Source: Planctomycetota bacterium (GTDB lineage Bacteria > Planctomycetota > PLA2 > JAEUHO01). From it: DNA of 64,000 nt. Positions 1 through 9,721 of the stretch are shown one piece after another. Positions within the stretch are counted from its first letter, which is position 1. Each line of letters begins with the position of its first letter. The notes beneath the pieces are model-generated. The model ran no database searches, was not told the origin of the DNA, and saw nothing but the letters and a program-made list of their open reading frames with translations. The stretch lies in NCBI GenBank assembly GCA_050248855.1, contig JBFWRP010000007.1, positions 32,001 to 96,000 on the forward strand, in the 5' to 3' direction. The translations under genes and the position numbers were made by a program.

Positions 1-120
1 CTTGCCGCGCGTCACGCGCCGGTGCCCGTCCTCGCCATCGAGTCCCACCCCCAGCAGACCGCCCGGGGCCGTGGGAGCCGCCGAGGCGGAAGGCGCACGA
101 TCGGAGCGCGGCGTCGTCAT
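1..120 (-). CDS. 5' part of conserved hypothetical protein (runs off window edge)
   Basis: ATG at 120 opens MTTPRSDRAPSASAAPTAPGGLLGVGLDGEDGHRRVTRGK; the LLGVGLDxxDGHxRxTRG motif is recalled from PVC-superphylum hypotheticals; same strand, downstream of polA. Confidence 0.55.
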   Translation of the reverse strand, partial: MTTPRSDRAPSASAAPTAPGGLLGVGLDGEDGHRRVTRGK

Positions 121-263
121 GCGTCGAAGCCTAGCGCAGCGCGCCGACGTCCACCACCCGGTGCGCAGTCCGTGTACGACGTCGATGCGACGTTCGTTCG
201 TTGCAAGCCCGACGTCCGGCCTACGTCGGAACGGGGGGGTTGACATCCGGGCACGGAAGTCCG

Positions 264-3065
264 TCAGTGCGCCTCCGACCACGTGTGCCCGTGGCCCACG
301 TCAACCCGCAGCGGCACGCTCAGCGGCAGGGCGCCTTCCATCTCCTCGCGCACGATCTCCGTGACACGCTCGCGGTCCTCCTCCGGGATCTCGAACAACA
401 GCTCGTCGTGGATCTGGAGCAGCATGCGCGTGGCAGGCGCTTCGCGAGCGAGACGCTCGTGCAAGCGGATCATGGCCATCTTGATCACGTCGGCGGCCGT
501 GCCCTGCACGGGCGTGTTCACGGCGACGTTCTCCGACTGGACACGGATGCGCGGGTCGTCGTCGTTGAGGCCCGGTAGGTAGCGCTTGCGCCCGAGCAGC
601 GTGGTCACGTAGCCGCAGGCCCGGGCGTCCTCGATGGTCTTGTCGAGCCACGCGCGCACCTTGGGATACGTCGCGAAGTAGCCCTCGATGAACCCCTTGG
701 CCTCCGGAAGGGTGACCTGGGTCTCGCGGGCCAGGCGCTGCGGCCCCATGCCGTAGATCACGCCGAAGTTGATGGCCTTGGCGCGACTGCGCAGCTCGGG
801 CGTGACCTCCTCCTCGGAGACCTTGAAGATGCGGGCCGCCGTGCTGCGGTGCACGTCGGCGCCCTTCTCGAAGGCCTCGATCAGGTGCTCGTCGCCGGAG
901 AGGTGCGCCAACAGCCGCAGCTCCACCTGGCTGTAGTCGGCGCTGACGAAGACGTGGCCACGATCCGGGACGAACGCCTCGCGAATCGCCCGCCCTTCGG
1001 GGCTGCGAATGGGGATGTTCTGCAGGTTGGGGTCGCTGGAGGCCAAGCGCCCCGTGGCGGCCGCCGTCTGGCTGTAGGAGGTGTGCACGCGACCCGTCTG
1101 CGGGTTCACGAACGTCGGCAGCGTGTCGATGTACGTGCTCTTGAGCTTGGTGAGGCTGCGGTAGGCCAGCACCAGGCGCGGCAAGGGGTGGGCGACGGCC
1201 AGCTCCTCCATCGTGGCCTCGTCCGTGGCGTACCCCGTGCCCTTGGCCGTCTTCTTGGGGCGTCGCCGGGCCACGGCCTCGTGCTCGTGGACCTTGAGCC
1301 GCTCGAAGAGGATGTGACCCAGCTCCCGCGTGCTGCGCACGTTGAAGGGCTCGCCCGCGGCCTCTTCGATCTCCTTCTCGAGCGCCTCGATGCGCGTCTC
1401 GAGGTCCTCGCCCATGCGCGCCAGCAGCCGGGTGTCCAGCCGGATCCCGTTCTGCTCCATCTGCACGAGCACGGGCAAGAGCGGCATCTCCGTGGTGCGG
1501 AAGACGCGCTCGACGTCGCGCTCGACCAGCTCCGGCGCCAGGTCCTCGCGCAGGCGCCACGTGACGTCCGCGTCTTCGCAGGCATAGCGGCAGACGTCCT
1601 CGACAGGTACGTCGCGCATCGAGATCTGGTTCTTGCCCTTCCCGATGAGGTCGGACGTCGGGATCTTCTTGATGCCCAGCCGACGAAGCGCCATGCCGTC
1701 CAGGTTGTGGATGCGACTTCCCGGGTCCACGCAGAAGCTGGCCACCATGGTGTCGAAGTCGAGCCCCTTCACGTGGACGCCGTGGTGGGCCAGGACGTGC
1801 ACGTCGTACTTCATGTTCTGGCCGCACTTGGGGATCGCGGCGTCCTCCAAGGGGCCGCGCAGCACGTCCAACACGGCGCGGGTGTCGCCGCTCACGGTGG
1901 GCGCGCTGAACAGCGAGCCCTCTTCGCGCTCCTTGGCCATCACGCCACCGAACATGGGCGGGTCGAGGTTGACGGGGACGTACCAAGCCTCGCCCGACGT
2001 CCACGCGAAGGACAGGCCCACGAGGTCGGCTTGGAGGGGGTCCAGGCCCGTCGTCTCCGTGTCGAAGGCAAAGCCGCGATCCTTCGTGGCGGCCAGGGCC
2101 TTGGCGAGCTTGCGCACCTTGGCAGGCGTGTCCACGAGGTGGTAGCGCACCTCGCCGAGCGCGCTCCCGCCCGTGTCGTCTTCCAGACGCTCCAGGCGCC
2201 CGCGGAAGTCGAGCTCGGCGAAGAGCTCGCGGAGCGCGGCCACGTCGCGCGGCTTCCTCTCCAGGTCCTCCTCGGGGAGCGGCACCTGCGTGTCGATCGT
2301 GACGAGCTCCTGGCTCAGGCGCGCCTGCTCGGCGAACTCGAGGAGGTTCTCGCGCAGCTTCTTCTGCGGAATGCCGTCGGCGGCCTCGAGAACCTTCTCG
2401 AGCGAGCCGTACTCCTGCACCAAGGCGGTCGCGCGCTTGGGGCCCACGCCCGGCACGCCGGGCACGTTGTCGCTGCTGTCACCCATCAAGCCCAGCACGT
2501 CGACGACCTGCTCCGGCGGGACGCCGAACTTCTCGATGGTCTCGTCGCGACCGACGAGCTCGGGCTGGCTCTGACCCGGCTTCAGCAGGTTGTAGAGCTT
2601 CACGTGGTCACCGACGAGCTGGAGCATGTCCTTGTCGCCGGAGACGATCCACACGTCTTGGCCTTCGGCAGAGGCCTTCTTGGCCAGCGTGCCGATGACG
2701 TCGTCCGCTTCGTAGCCGGGCACGGCCAGGAAGGGCAGGCCCATGCCTTCGACGGCACGGCGGATCCAGGCGAGCTGCGGCACCAGCTCGTCGGGGATCT
2801 TGTCGCGCGTGGCCTTGTAGTCCGGATACCGCTCGTGGCGGAACGTGGGGCCCGGCGGGTCGAACACGACGACGATGTGCTCGGGTTTCTCCTCGTCGAG
2901 GATCCGGTCCAGCGCACCGAGGAAGCCGAAGACCGCGCCGGTGGCCACACCGTCCGCGTTGGTGAGGGGGCTGCGCAGCAGGGCGAAGTGCGCACGGTAG
3001 GCAAGCGCCATCCCGTCAAGCAGGAACAGGCGCGGACGATCGGAGGCGGTGCGTGGCGTGGCCAT
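264..3065 (-). CDS. polA: DNA polymerase I
   Basis: 5'-3' exo (LFLLDGMALAYRAHFA, YEADDVIGTL, SGDKD, GDSSDNVPGVPGVG), 3'-5' exo (FDTETTGLD), polymerase (ADYSQVELR, RAKAINFGVIYG, LQIHDEL); start ATG 3065. Confidence 0.98.
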   Translation of the reverse strand: MATPRTASDRPRLFLLDGMALAYRAHFALLRSPLTNADGVATGAVFGFLGALDRILDEEKPEHIVVVFDPPGPTFRHERYPDYKATRDKIPDELVPQLAWIRRAVEGMGLPFLAVPGYEADDVIGTLAKKASAEGQDVWIVSGDKDMLQLVGDHVKLYNLLKPGQSQPELVGRDETIEKFGVPPEQVVDVLGLMGDSSDNVPGVPGVGPKRATALVQEYGSLEKVLEAADGIPQKKLRENLLEFAEQARLSQELVTIDTQVPLPEEDLERKPRDVAALRELFAELDFRGRLERLEDDTGGSALGEVRYHLVDTPAKVRKLAKALAATKDRGFAFDTETTGLDPLQADLVGLSFAWTSGEAWYVPVNLDPPMFGGVMAKEREEGSLFSAPTVSGDTRAVLDVLRGPLEDAAIPKCGQNMKYDVHVLAHHGVHVKGLDFDTMVASFCVDPGSRIHNLDGMALRRLGIKKIPTSDLIGKGKNQISMRDVPVEDVCRYACEDADVTWRLREDLAPELVERDVERVFRTTEMPLLPVLVQMEQNGIRLDTRLLARMGEDLETRIEALEKEIEEAAGEPFNVRSTRELGHILFERLKVHEHEAVARRRPKKTAKGTGYATDEATMEELAVAHPLPRLVLAYRSLTKLKSTYIDTLPTFVNPQTGRVHTSYSQTAAATGRLASSDPNLQNIPIRSPEGRAIREAFVPDRGHVFVSADYSQVELRLLAHLSGDEHLIEAFEKGADVHRSTAARIFKVSEEEVTPELRSRAKAINFGVIYGMGPQRLARETQVTLPEAKGFIEGYFATYPKVRAWLDKTIEDARACGYVTTLLGRKRYLPGLNDDDPRIRVQSENVAVNTPVQGTAADVIKMAMIRLHERLAREAPATRMLLQIHDELLFEIPEEDRERVTEIVREEMEGALPLSVPLRVDVGHGHTWSEAH

Positions 3066-3204
3066 GGGGCGGGGATTGTGACCCCCAGGGCCGACCGGGG
3101 ACAGCCCGGGCCGCGCCCAGGCCGCGGCAGCGCGCGGGGTGGCCGAAGCGCGCACCCGCGCTCCCTTCACGCCCGCTCGTCGCCGCGTGGGTAGGATCCG
3201 CGCG

Positions 3205-4701
3205 ATGGAAGGCCCCGAGCTGTTCGTCGCGCGCGACCGTGCGCGCCGCTTCGCGCGCCGCCTGCGCGACACGGCAACGGAGAGGCGTCTGGCCTACCGC
3301 GGCGCCGACGTGGGCATGGCTTCCCTGGTCAACGAGGCCGAGGCCACGCTCACGCCGCTCCTCGAGGACATCCGCACGACGATCGCGGACATCGAGGCCG
3401 GGCGCATCCGTGACCGCGAGCGCGGCTACATGGAGGTGCCCCTCGTGGTGGCCTCGGCGGCCGTGGCCGAGCGCGTCGAGCTGGCGCAGCGCCTGGATCG
3501 GGCCCTCAGCCGCTCGGGCGTGCCCGCACGCGAGGGTCGCACGGCCGTGCTCGAGCTGCTCGACGCGGCCCTGGCTCGCTTGGACGCGTACAGCGGGTCC
3601 TACGATGCCAAGGAGCCCGTCGGCCCGCCCGTCGCCCACGACCTGGGCCATCGGCTGGCGACGATCGAAGCGGACGCCACGTGGCGTCGGCGCCTCGCGG
3701 GCGCCACGGTGGCCGACGGACCGGCCACGGATCGTCGGGCCCCGCACGTGCTGGCGCCGCCCCACGCGCTCGACGACTTGCTGCGCGCCGTGCGCCGCAC
3801 GGTGCCGCTCGTGCCCGGACCTTGGCACGTCTCCACGGACGAGGACGAAGGTCTGGTCACCCTGGCGCTCGGCGCGGGGCCGGAGGGTCTCGAGGCCCTC
3901 GCGCTGCCGGGCGACATCGAGAACGCCAAGGGCGTCCTGGGGTTTCGCGTGGCCACCGACGTCCAGCTGTACGGGCGCGCGGCGCCGCGGACAGGCGGCT
4001 TGCTGACGCCGGCCGCCGCCGGCGACGACGTGCGCGGGGTACGCGTCGTGCTGCCCCTGCCGACGGCCACGCCGGGCGGCGCCGACCTCGAGGCCGCGGC
4101 GGGCCCGGATGCCCAGCTGTCGCCCGCCGCGCGGACGGCCCTCGAGGCGCTGGGCCGCGCTCCGGCGCCGGGGCCGGACGGAACGCCGCCGCCGGCGCGC
4201 CTGGTGGCGTGGATGGGCTTGTTCGCCGCCCTGGACCAGGAGCTGAAGCGCGTCGTGTTGGCGCGCGCGCGCAGCAACTCCGTGCGCGTGATCTCGGGCC
4301 GCTTGCCGCGCGAGAGCACGCGCAAGGCCCCTCTCAAGGCCGCCGTGCTCGACACGCTGGGCCGGGCGTTCGACGGCTTGGCCGTGGACCGCGCCGACGC
4401 CATCGCCGACGAGCTTGCGGCCGGCAAGCCGGCCACCAGCCGCGCGCAGGTCGCGGACGCCGCCATCGTGCTGGCCTTGGTGGGGCGTACCTGGGACGTC
4501 GCCGGTGTGCATCTGCCCCGTGCGCTGGTCATGGATCCGCTCGACGACCGCGAGGTGCAGGCGCTGGTGCACGATCTCCTGACCGTGGCCCGTGCGCGGC
4601 GGGCGTTGGAGTCGGGCGCCGGCCTCGACCGCGCGAACGTGCGCGAGATGGAGCGCGCCCTCGTGGGCGCGCTCGGTCGGTTGGGCCGCGTCGTTCCCTG
4701 A
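3205..4701 (+). CDS. hypothetical protein
   Basis: ~500-aa ORF with GC3-rich codons, divergent from polA; no motif recognised. Confidence 0.7.
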   Translation: MEGPELFVARDRARRFARRLRDTATERRLAYRGADVGMASLVNEAEATLTPLLEDIRTTIADIEAGRIRDRERGYMEVPLVVASAAVAERVELAQRLDRALSRSGVPAREGRTAVLELLDAALARLDAYSGSYDAKEPVGPPVAHDLGHRLATIEADATWRRRLAGATVADGPATDRRAPHVLAPPHALDDLLRAVRRTVPLVPGPWHVSTDEDEGLVTLALGAGPEGLEALALPGDIENAKGVLGFRVATDVQLYGRAAPRTGGLLTPAAAGDDVRGVRVVLPLPTATPGGADLEAAAGPDAQLSPAARTALEALGRAPAPGPDGTPPPARLVAWMGLFAALDQELKRVVLARARSNSVRVISGRLPRESTRKAPLKAAVLDTLGRAFDGLAVDRADAIADELAAGKPATSRAQVADAAIVLALVGRTWDVAGVHLPRALVMDPLDDREVQALVHDLLTVARARRALESGAGLDRANVREMERALVGALGRLGRVVP

Positions 4702-4723
4702 AGAGCCTTCTCCGGCTGCAGGA

Positions 4724-5410
4724 TCAGCGCGCTTGACGCCAGGGTGGCGCCGTGGCGGGCAGCTGCCCGGTGCCGTTCACGGCGGGGGCGCTCACGACGT
4801 CGTGGGCCACGCTGAACGCGACATCCGCGGCCGGGCCGTTCTCCAAGCCGTCGAAGGCGGCGAGCTCGGTGGCGAGGATCTCGCCGGACTGGTTCACGAA
4901 GAACGTGCGGTTGCCCGACTGCTGGTAGGACGCCGGCCACGCGTAGGCGCACCAAGCGGCCGCGGCAAGCTGGGCATCGGGCGCAACGGTGAAGGCACCG
5001 AGCGCGTCCTCGCACGTTCCGTCGCGCGAAGGCGCGGGCAGCCAGATGCGGTACCAGTACCCGCTCTTGTTGACCGCGCCCCGACCCGCCGCGTCGGCGC
5101 TCACCCCGCGGAAGGCTCCGGACAGGTGTGTCGGGACGAGCGCCGCCGCCATGCGGCCGGCGCCGGCGCCGGAGAGCTCCGTGAACGAGCCGTACTCGCC
5201 GGAGCCATCCCCGTTGCCGTCGACCAGCGTTCGCTGCTGGAACTGTGCCTGGGCGGTGGAGAGGGTCCGGAGCGTCGCGATCGCGGCGGTCTCGTTGGCG
5301 CTGATGCGCGCTGGCAGCAGGCTCGGGATGCCGAGCGCCGCAACGAGGGCCAGGATGGCGATGACGGTGATCAGCTCGACGAGGGAGAAACCATGGGGAT
5401 GGCGTTGCAT
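4724..5410 (-). CDS. type IV pilin-like protein (prepilin N-terminal methylation motif, DUF2950-like C-terminus)
   Basis: MQRHPHG-FSLVELITVIAILALVAALGIPSL; ANETAAIATLR; KSGY..AYAWPASY..SGNRTFFVNQSG. Confidence 0.88.
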   Translation of the reverse strand: MQRHPHGFSLVELITVIAILALVAALGIPSLLPARISANETAAIATLRTLSTAQAQFQQRTLVDGNGDGSGEYGSFTELSGAGAGRMAAALVPTHLSGAFRGVSADAAGRGAVNKSGYWYRIWLPAPSRDGTCEDALGAFTVAPDAQLAAAAWCAYAWPASYQQSGNRTFFVNQSGEILATELAAFDGLENGPAADVAFSVAHDVVSAPAVNGTGQLPATAPPWRQAR

Positions 5411-5523
5411 GGGGGGAAGGCTCCACGGGTGGGGGAAGGATCCACGAGATCCAGGGAAGTCGGCGTCCGCGACGCGGCGGACGTCGTCGGGCACGTGGTG
5501 AGGAGGGGCGTGCAGGGCGAGCA

Positions 5524-6210
5524 TCAGCGCGCCTTGCGCCACACGCCCGCCGCCGCCGGCAGCTGGCCGGCGGCGTCGATGGCCGCCGCGCTCGTGATGT
5601 CGCCGGCCGTCGTGAACGCGGCGTCGGCGGGCGGGCCGTTGTCCAGCCCCTCCCAGGCGGCCACCTCCGCCGTGAGGATGTCCCCGGCCTGGTTCACGAA
5701 GAACGTGCGGTTGCCCGACTGCTGGTACGCGGCAGGCCACGCGTAGGCGCACCACACGGCCTCACCCGTCTGCGGGTCGACGGGGACGGCGAACGCGCCC
5801 GTCTCGTCCTCGCAGGTGCCCACGCCGGCCGCGGCCGGCAGCCAGATGCGGAACAGGTAGCCGCTCTTGTTGATCGCGGCGAAGCCGGCCGCGTCGTCGA
5901 TGAGGACGCGGAAGACCCCGCCGAGGATCGGCGGCACGAGCGTCGTCGGCATGCGCCCGGGTCCTACGCCGGACAGCTCCGTGAAGCTGCCGTACTCGCC
6001 GACGCCGTCGGTGTCCGCGTCAAGCCGCGCGCGCTGCTGGAACTGGGCCTGGGCCGTGACCAGGTTGCGCAGGGTCGCAAGGGCAGACGCCTCGTTCGCG
6101 GCGAGGCGCGAGGCGAGCAGGTTGGGCAGGGCGACGGCCGCCAGGATGGCGATGATCGCGATGACGATCATCAGCTCGATGAGCGTGAAGCCCTTCGAGG
6201 AACGGGACAT
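5524..6210 (-). CDS. type IV pilin-like protein, tandem paralog
   Basis: MSRSSKG-FTLIELMIVIAIIAILAAVALPNL; same C-terminal motifs as neighbour. Confidence 0.9.
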   Translation of the reverse strand: MSRSSKGFTLIELMIVIAIIAILAAVALPNLLASRLAANEASALATLRNLVTAQAQFQQRARLDADTDGVGEYGSFTELSGVGPGRMPTTLVPPILGGVFRVLIDDAAGFAAINKSGYLFRIWLPAAAGVGTCEDETGAFAVPVDPQTGEAVWCAYAWPAAYQQSGNRTFFVNQAGDILTAEVAAWEGLDNGPPADAAFTTAGDITSAAAIDAAGQLPAAAGVWRKAR

Positions 6211-6325
6211 GACGCCTCCACGGGTGACGGAGGAAGCCGCTCGCTCCTCGCGGAGGAACGGCCGACCCTCCATCGACCGGAAGGCGCCTCGGACTTGAGC
6301 CCCTACGGCGCGGGGGTGTCCGCGT

Positions 6326-6353
6326 GCGGAGTCGCGCGAGATCCCGACTCCGC
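6326..6353 (-). terminator. GC-rich hairpin after clpP stop (possible terminator or REP-like palindrome)
   Basis: gcggagtcg (6326-6334) pairs with cgactccgc (6345-6353); no U-tract. Confidence 0.35.
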
Positions 6354-6355
6354 GC

Positions 6356-6964
6356 TCAGGACGGCAGGTCGTTGGCCGAGCTGACGACCTTCGTGAGCAG
6401 GCCGTAGTCGACGGCCTCCTGGGCGCTCATCCAGAAGTCGCGGTGCATGTCGCGCTCGATGACGTCGATGGGCTTGCCCGTCTCGCGCACGAAGAGCTCG
6501 TTGGCCTTGTGCCGCAAGCGCAGGATCTCCTTGGCGCTGATGGCGATGTCCGAGGCCGTGCCACGGATCCCCGTGCTGGGCTGGTGGAGCATGATCCGCG
6601 AGTGCGGCAGCACGAAGCGCCGGTCCTTGGGCGCGCCCACCATCACGATGGTCGCCGCGCTCGCGGCCAGGCCCGTGACCACCGTCGTCACGGGGGCGCG
6701 CACGAAGCGCAGCACGTCGTAGATCGCGAAGCCGTCGTCGGCCAAGCCGCCGGGGCTGTTGACGTAGACCGTGATCGGCTTGGTCTGGCTGAGCTGGTCC
6801 AGGACCAGGATCTGGCGCACGACGTCGCGCGTCAGCGCGGACTCGATGGGTCCGAACAGGAGGACGGATCGGCTGCGCAGCGCCGCGCGCTCGAGGAGCG
6901 AGCGACCGGGACCCTTCGGCGACTTGTTGGGCTTGTCCGACTTGGACCTGGCATGCGCGGTCAT
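6356..6964 (-). CDS. clpP: ATP-dependent Clp protease proteolytic subunit
   Basis: YVNSPGG, GLAASAA (catalytic Ser), SRIMLHQP (His), RDFWMSAQEAVDYGL. Confidence 0.95.
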   Translation of the reverse strand: MTAHARSKSDKPNKSPKGPGRSLLERAALRSRSVLLFGPIESALTRDVVRQILVLDQLSQTKPITVYVNSPGGLADDGFAIYDVLRFVRAPVTTVVTGLAASAATIVMVGAPKDRRFVLPHSRIMLHQPSTGIRGTASDIAISAKEILRLRHKANELFVRETGKPIDVIERDMHRDFWMSAQEAVDYGLLTKVVSSANDLPS

Positions 6965-7023
6965 GGGGACTCCTCGAAGGATCTCGGGGCGGGGACCGTA
7001 CCCCCTCCGGCGGGCCTCCCCTC

Positions 7024-8076
7024 TCATTTCGCCCTGTCCCCGCTCGCGGGGTCCGCCGGGTCGGCGGCGCACGGGCCTTCTCCCGGGGGCCACGGGACGT
7101 CTTTGGCAACGCGGAAGCCGATCCACAGGCGCCCGACCGTGTCGCCCTGGGGCTCGTCGGGGTGGCCGTAGGGGCGCCAGAGCAGCTCGCCGTCCCCTTC
7201 GTCGAGCCACGACCCGCCGAGCGCGAAGGGCCAGGCCCCGCCCGCACTGCCGCGCCGACGGAACGTCGCCGTCCACTCGGCCACGTTGCCCACGAGGTCG
7301 AGCGCGCCGAACGGGCCCTCCCCCTCCGGGAGGCTGCCCACCGGCAGCGGATGCCCCGGGCCGAGGCCGGCCAGGTTGGCGCGGCGGGCGTCGGGCGGCT
7401 CGCCCCACGGCCACGTCCCCACGCCGCTGCCGCGCAGTGCACGCTCGAACTCGGCGGCCGTCGGCAGGCGCCCTCCCCGCGCCACCTCGGCGAACGTGCG
7501 CGCCTGGCGCCACGTCATGCCCGTCGCGGGCCACTCGTCGGACGGCTCGACGTGCGCGGGCCACGGATCTTCGGAGGCCGCAGGCGGGAGGAGCTCGGTG
7601 CCGCGGAAGAGGCCGTGGCGACGGCAGCCGTCGCGCCACGCGGCAGCGCTCAGCTCGACCCGATCGAGGTAGAACGCGGGCACGTGCTCGCGGACGCCCG
7701 ACGGCCCGAACGGAGGGCGGGCACGCGGCAGCTCGATGTCGCCTGCCGGCACGAACACCATGCCCGCCGGGGTCTGGGCCCGCTGCCACGCCGTGACGAT
7801 CTCCCCCCGGAGCGCGTCCACCCGCGCCTCGTGCCCGACTGCCGCTGCCGCACGCAGGGCGGGGAGCGCCCGCACGCCGAGCTCCCGCACGGCCTTGACG
7901 AGCGGTCCCTCGGGCGGCGCACCCGCGTGCAACCACGCCGCGACCGCGGCGGCGGCCGGCTCGCCGTCGGCGGCGGGTGCATGGTCGCCTGGTGCCTCGT
8001 CGGCGCGGGCCCGCCCCCCGGCGACGGCCGGGAGCAGCGCGACGACGCACACCGCGATCAAGCGCCAGGGGGTCAC
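7024..8076 (-). CDS. secreted SUMF1/FGE-sulfatase domain protein
   Basis: Signal peptide; PAGMVFVPAG, PAFYLDRVE, GGRLPTAAEFERA, PFGALDLVGNVAEW, IGFRVA; GTG start overlaps sigma stop. Confidence 0.88.
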   Translation of the reverse strand: MTPWRLIAVCVVALLPAVAGGRARADEAPGDHAPAADGEPAAAAVAAWLHAGAPPEGPLVKAVRELGVRALPALRAAAAVGHEARVDALRGEIVTAWQRAQTPAGMVFVPAGDIELPRARPPFGPSGVREHVPAFYLDRVELSAAAWRDGCRRHGLFRGTELLPPAASEDPWPAHVEPSDEWPATGMTWRQARTFAEVARGGRLPTAAEFERALRGSGVGTWPWGEPPDARRANLAGLGPGHPLPVGSLPEGEGPFGALDLVGNVAEWTATFRRRGSAGGAWPFALGGSWLDEGDGELLWRPYGHPDEPQGDTVGRLWIGFRVAKDVPWPPGEGPCAADPADPASGDRAK

Positions 8077-8681
8077 GCGGCGTCCTCGTCCTCCGGCGCG
8101 CCGCCGAGATCGGCCAGCGCCGCCTGCAGCGCGGTATGCGCCCGGTTCAGCCGGCTCTTGATGGTACCGAGCGAGCAGTTCATCGCCTCGGCGAGCTCGT
8201 CGTAGGAGAGCCCCTCCACGTAGCGCAGGACCGCGACCGCCCGGAGCTTGGGCGAGAGGGTCAGCAGGGCGGCCTGCACGCGCGCCGCGCGCTCGGACGC
8301 CCGTGCCTCGGCCTCCGGGGAGGAGGGCGCCGCCCGGCCGGGAAGCCCGGAGTCCTGGACCTCGACGGGGGTATCGCCGAAGCGGCCCGCCGGGCGGCGG
8401 GCCTCCCGGCGTCGGCGGTCGATGGACCGGTTGACGGTGACGCGGTAGAGCCACGAGGTGAGCGAGGCATCGCCGCGGAAGCCCCGGGCCACGCGCGGCA
8501 GGCGGCTGAACACCTCCTGCACGACGTCTTCGGCCAGCGCGCGGTCGCCCAGGACGCGCCAGGCCACGTTGAAGACGCGCCGCTGGTGACGGTCGAAGAG
8601 GGTGCCGAGCGCCTCGCGCCGAGCTGCCGGGTCGCCGTCGGCGAGGACCCGGATGAGCTCGACATCGTCATCCGGGGTCAT
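8073..8681 (-). CDS. ECF RNA polymerase sigma-70 factor
   Basis: AEDVVQEVF, SWLYRVTVNRSID, LRYVEGLSYDELAEAMNCSLGTIKSRLNRA. Confidence 0.95.
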   Translation of the reverse strand: MTPDDDVELIRVLADGDPAARREALGTLFDRHQRRVFNVAWRVLGDRALAEDVVQEVFSRLPRVARGFRGDASLTSWLYRVTVNRSIDRRRREARRPAGRFGDTPVEVQDSGLPGRAAPSSPEAEARASERAARVQAALLTLSPKLRAVAVLRYVEGLSYDELAEAMNCSLGTIKSRLNRAHTALQAALADLGGAPEDEDAA

Positions 8682-8759
8682 GGGCGCTCCACCGCGGGAG
8701 CGGCGCATCCTACCAATGGAGGGCCGATGGCCCGGGGCTCGGCCTACTCTTCCAGCGGC

Positions 8760-9068
8760 GTGGGCGATTCTCCCCTCCATCTGCTGCTCGGCGCCCGGGC
8801 GGACCGTCCGGACGTGATCGCGTGGCTCGAAGCCGCCGTGGCCACCGGGCGGCGCCTGCGCATCCTGCTCTCGCACGAGGCCTTGGACGCGCTGGGCGCC
8901 CCGGCCTTGGGCCCTGGCCCGATGCGCGAGCTCGCGCTCTGCACCCGCTCGGCGCGCGACCGGGGACTGCGGCTCGAGGACGCGCCCCCGCACATCCGCT
9001 GGACCAGCGTGGCGACGTGGCACCTGGAGGCAGGGCTCGAGCCCCTCATGTGGAGCGCGCTGCCATGA
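8760..9068 (+). CDS. DsrE/TusD-like small protein
   Basis: LALCTRSARDRGL resembles the DsrE/TusD C-x-x-S-A-x-x-R-G motif; start uncertain (GTG 8760 or ATG 8727). Confidence 0.5.
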   Translation: MGDSPLHLLLGARADRPDVIAWLEAAVATGRRLRILLSHEALDALGAPALGPGPMRELALCTRSARDRGLRLEDAPPHIRWTSVATWHLEAGLEPLMWSALP

Positions 9069-9448
9069 TCCCGGTCATCGCCCTCTGGGACCGCCCCGAC
9101 GTCGATGCCGACGGGGTGGAGCTGCTGCGCTGGCTGGTGGCGGCGCTGGTCGCCGGCCGGCAGGTGACCGTGCTCGAGCGGGCCGGCACGGACCTCGGCC
9201 AGTGCGAGCTTCACGGCGAGGCCGAGGCCTTGCGCGACGCGTTGCGCGAGGGCGGCGCAGCGTTCCGCACGGCACCACTCGGCCCCCTGCCCGAAGACCT
9301 CGCAACACAGGCCATCACGGTCCACCGCCTCGCGCCCCGCGGCCGCCCGTGCGAGCCCCTGCTGCTCCCCTACCCGCCCGATCCGGCCACCCCCCCCACG
9401 GCCTGGTCCTCGGCTGGCCAGCTCCTCCCCCGTCCCCCTATGCCTTGA
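9065..9448 (+). CDS. hypothetical protein, possibly DsrF/TusC-like
   Basis: ATGA overlap with upstream gene; ELLRWLVAALVAGRQVTVL is weakly DsrF-like. Confidence 0.45.
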   Translation: MIPVIALWDRPDVDADGVELLRWLVAALVAGRQVTVLERAGTDLGQCELHGEAEALRDALREGGAAFRTAPLGPLPEDLATQAITVHRLAPRGRPCEPLLLPYPPDPATPPTAWSSAGQLLPRPPMP

Positions 9449-9579
9449 GCCCCCGGCTCCACGCGACCCATCGCCCTTCCCCGCGCGGCCAGCCGACGAA
9501 CGGACTCGTCCCCTCTCTTCCCTTCTCCTGCTTCTCTTCCCTTCCCCTCTGCGCTCGATCCCTTCCCCTCGAGCCGCCC

Positions 9580-9704
9580 CCTCCACGCATCGGGTCGTCG
9601 GGGCGACGGTAGCGCGCCCCCATCGGCGACGACTCGTGGTCTGTTCACTCGAGGAGCCGATGGGGGTGCGGGACCGAGCATCCGGCGAGCCGCCTACCCG
9701 CACC
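9580..9704 (-). repeat. dispersed ~125-bp non-coding repeat, copy 1
   Basis: Reverse complement aligns ungapped with 12365-12489 (about 96/125 by hand count). Confidence 0.85.
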
Positions 9705-9721
9705 CCAGGCAACCACCGCAC

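Noticed and set aside
121..263. Repeated CGACGT hexamers and a weak match (acccggtgcgc) to the dispersed repeat
   Set aside because: Too short to distinguish from chance at this GC content.
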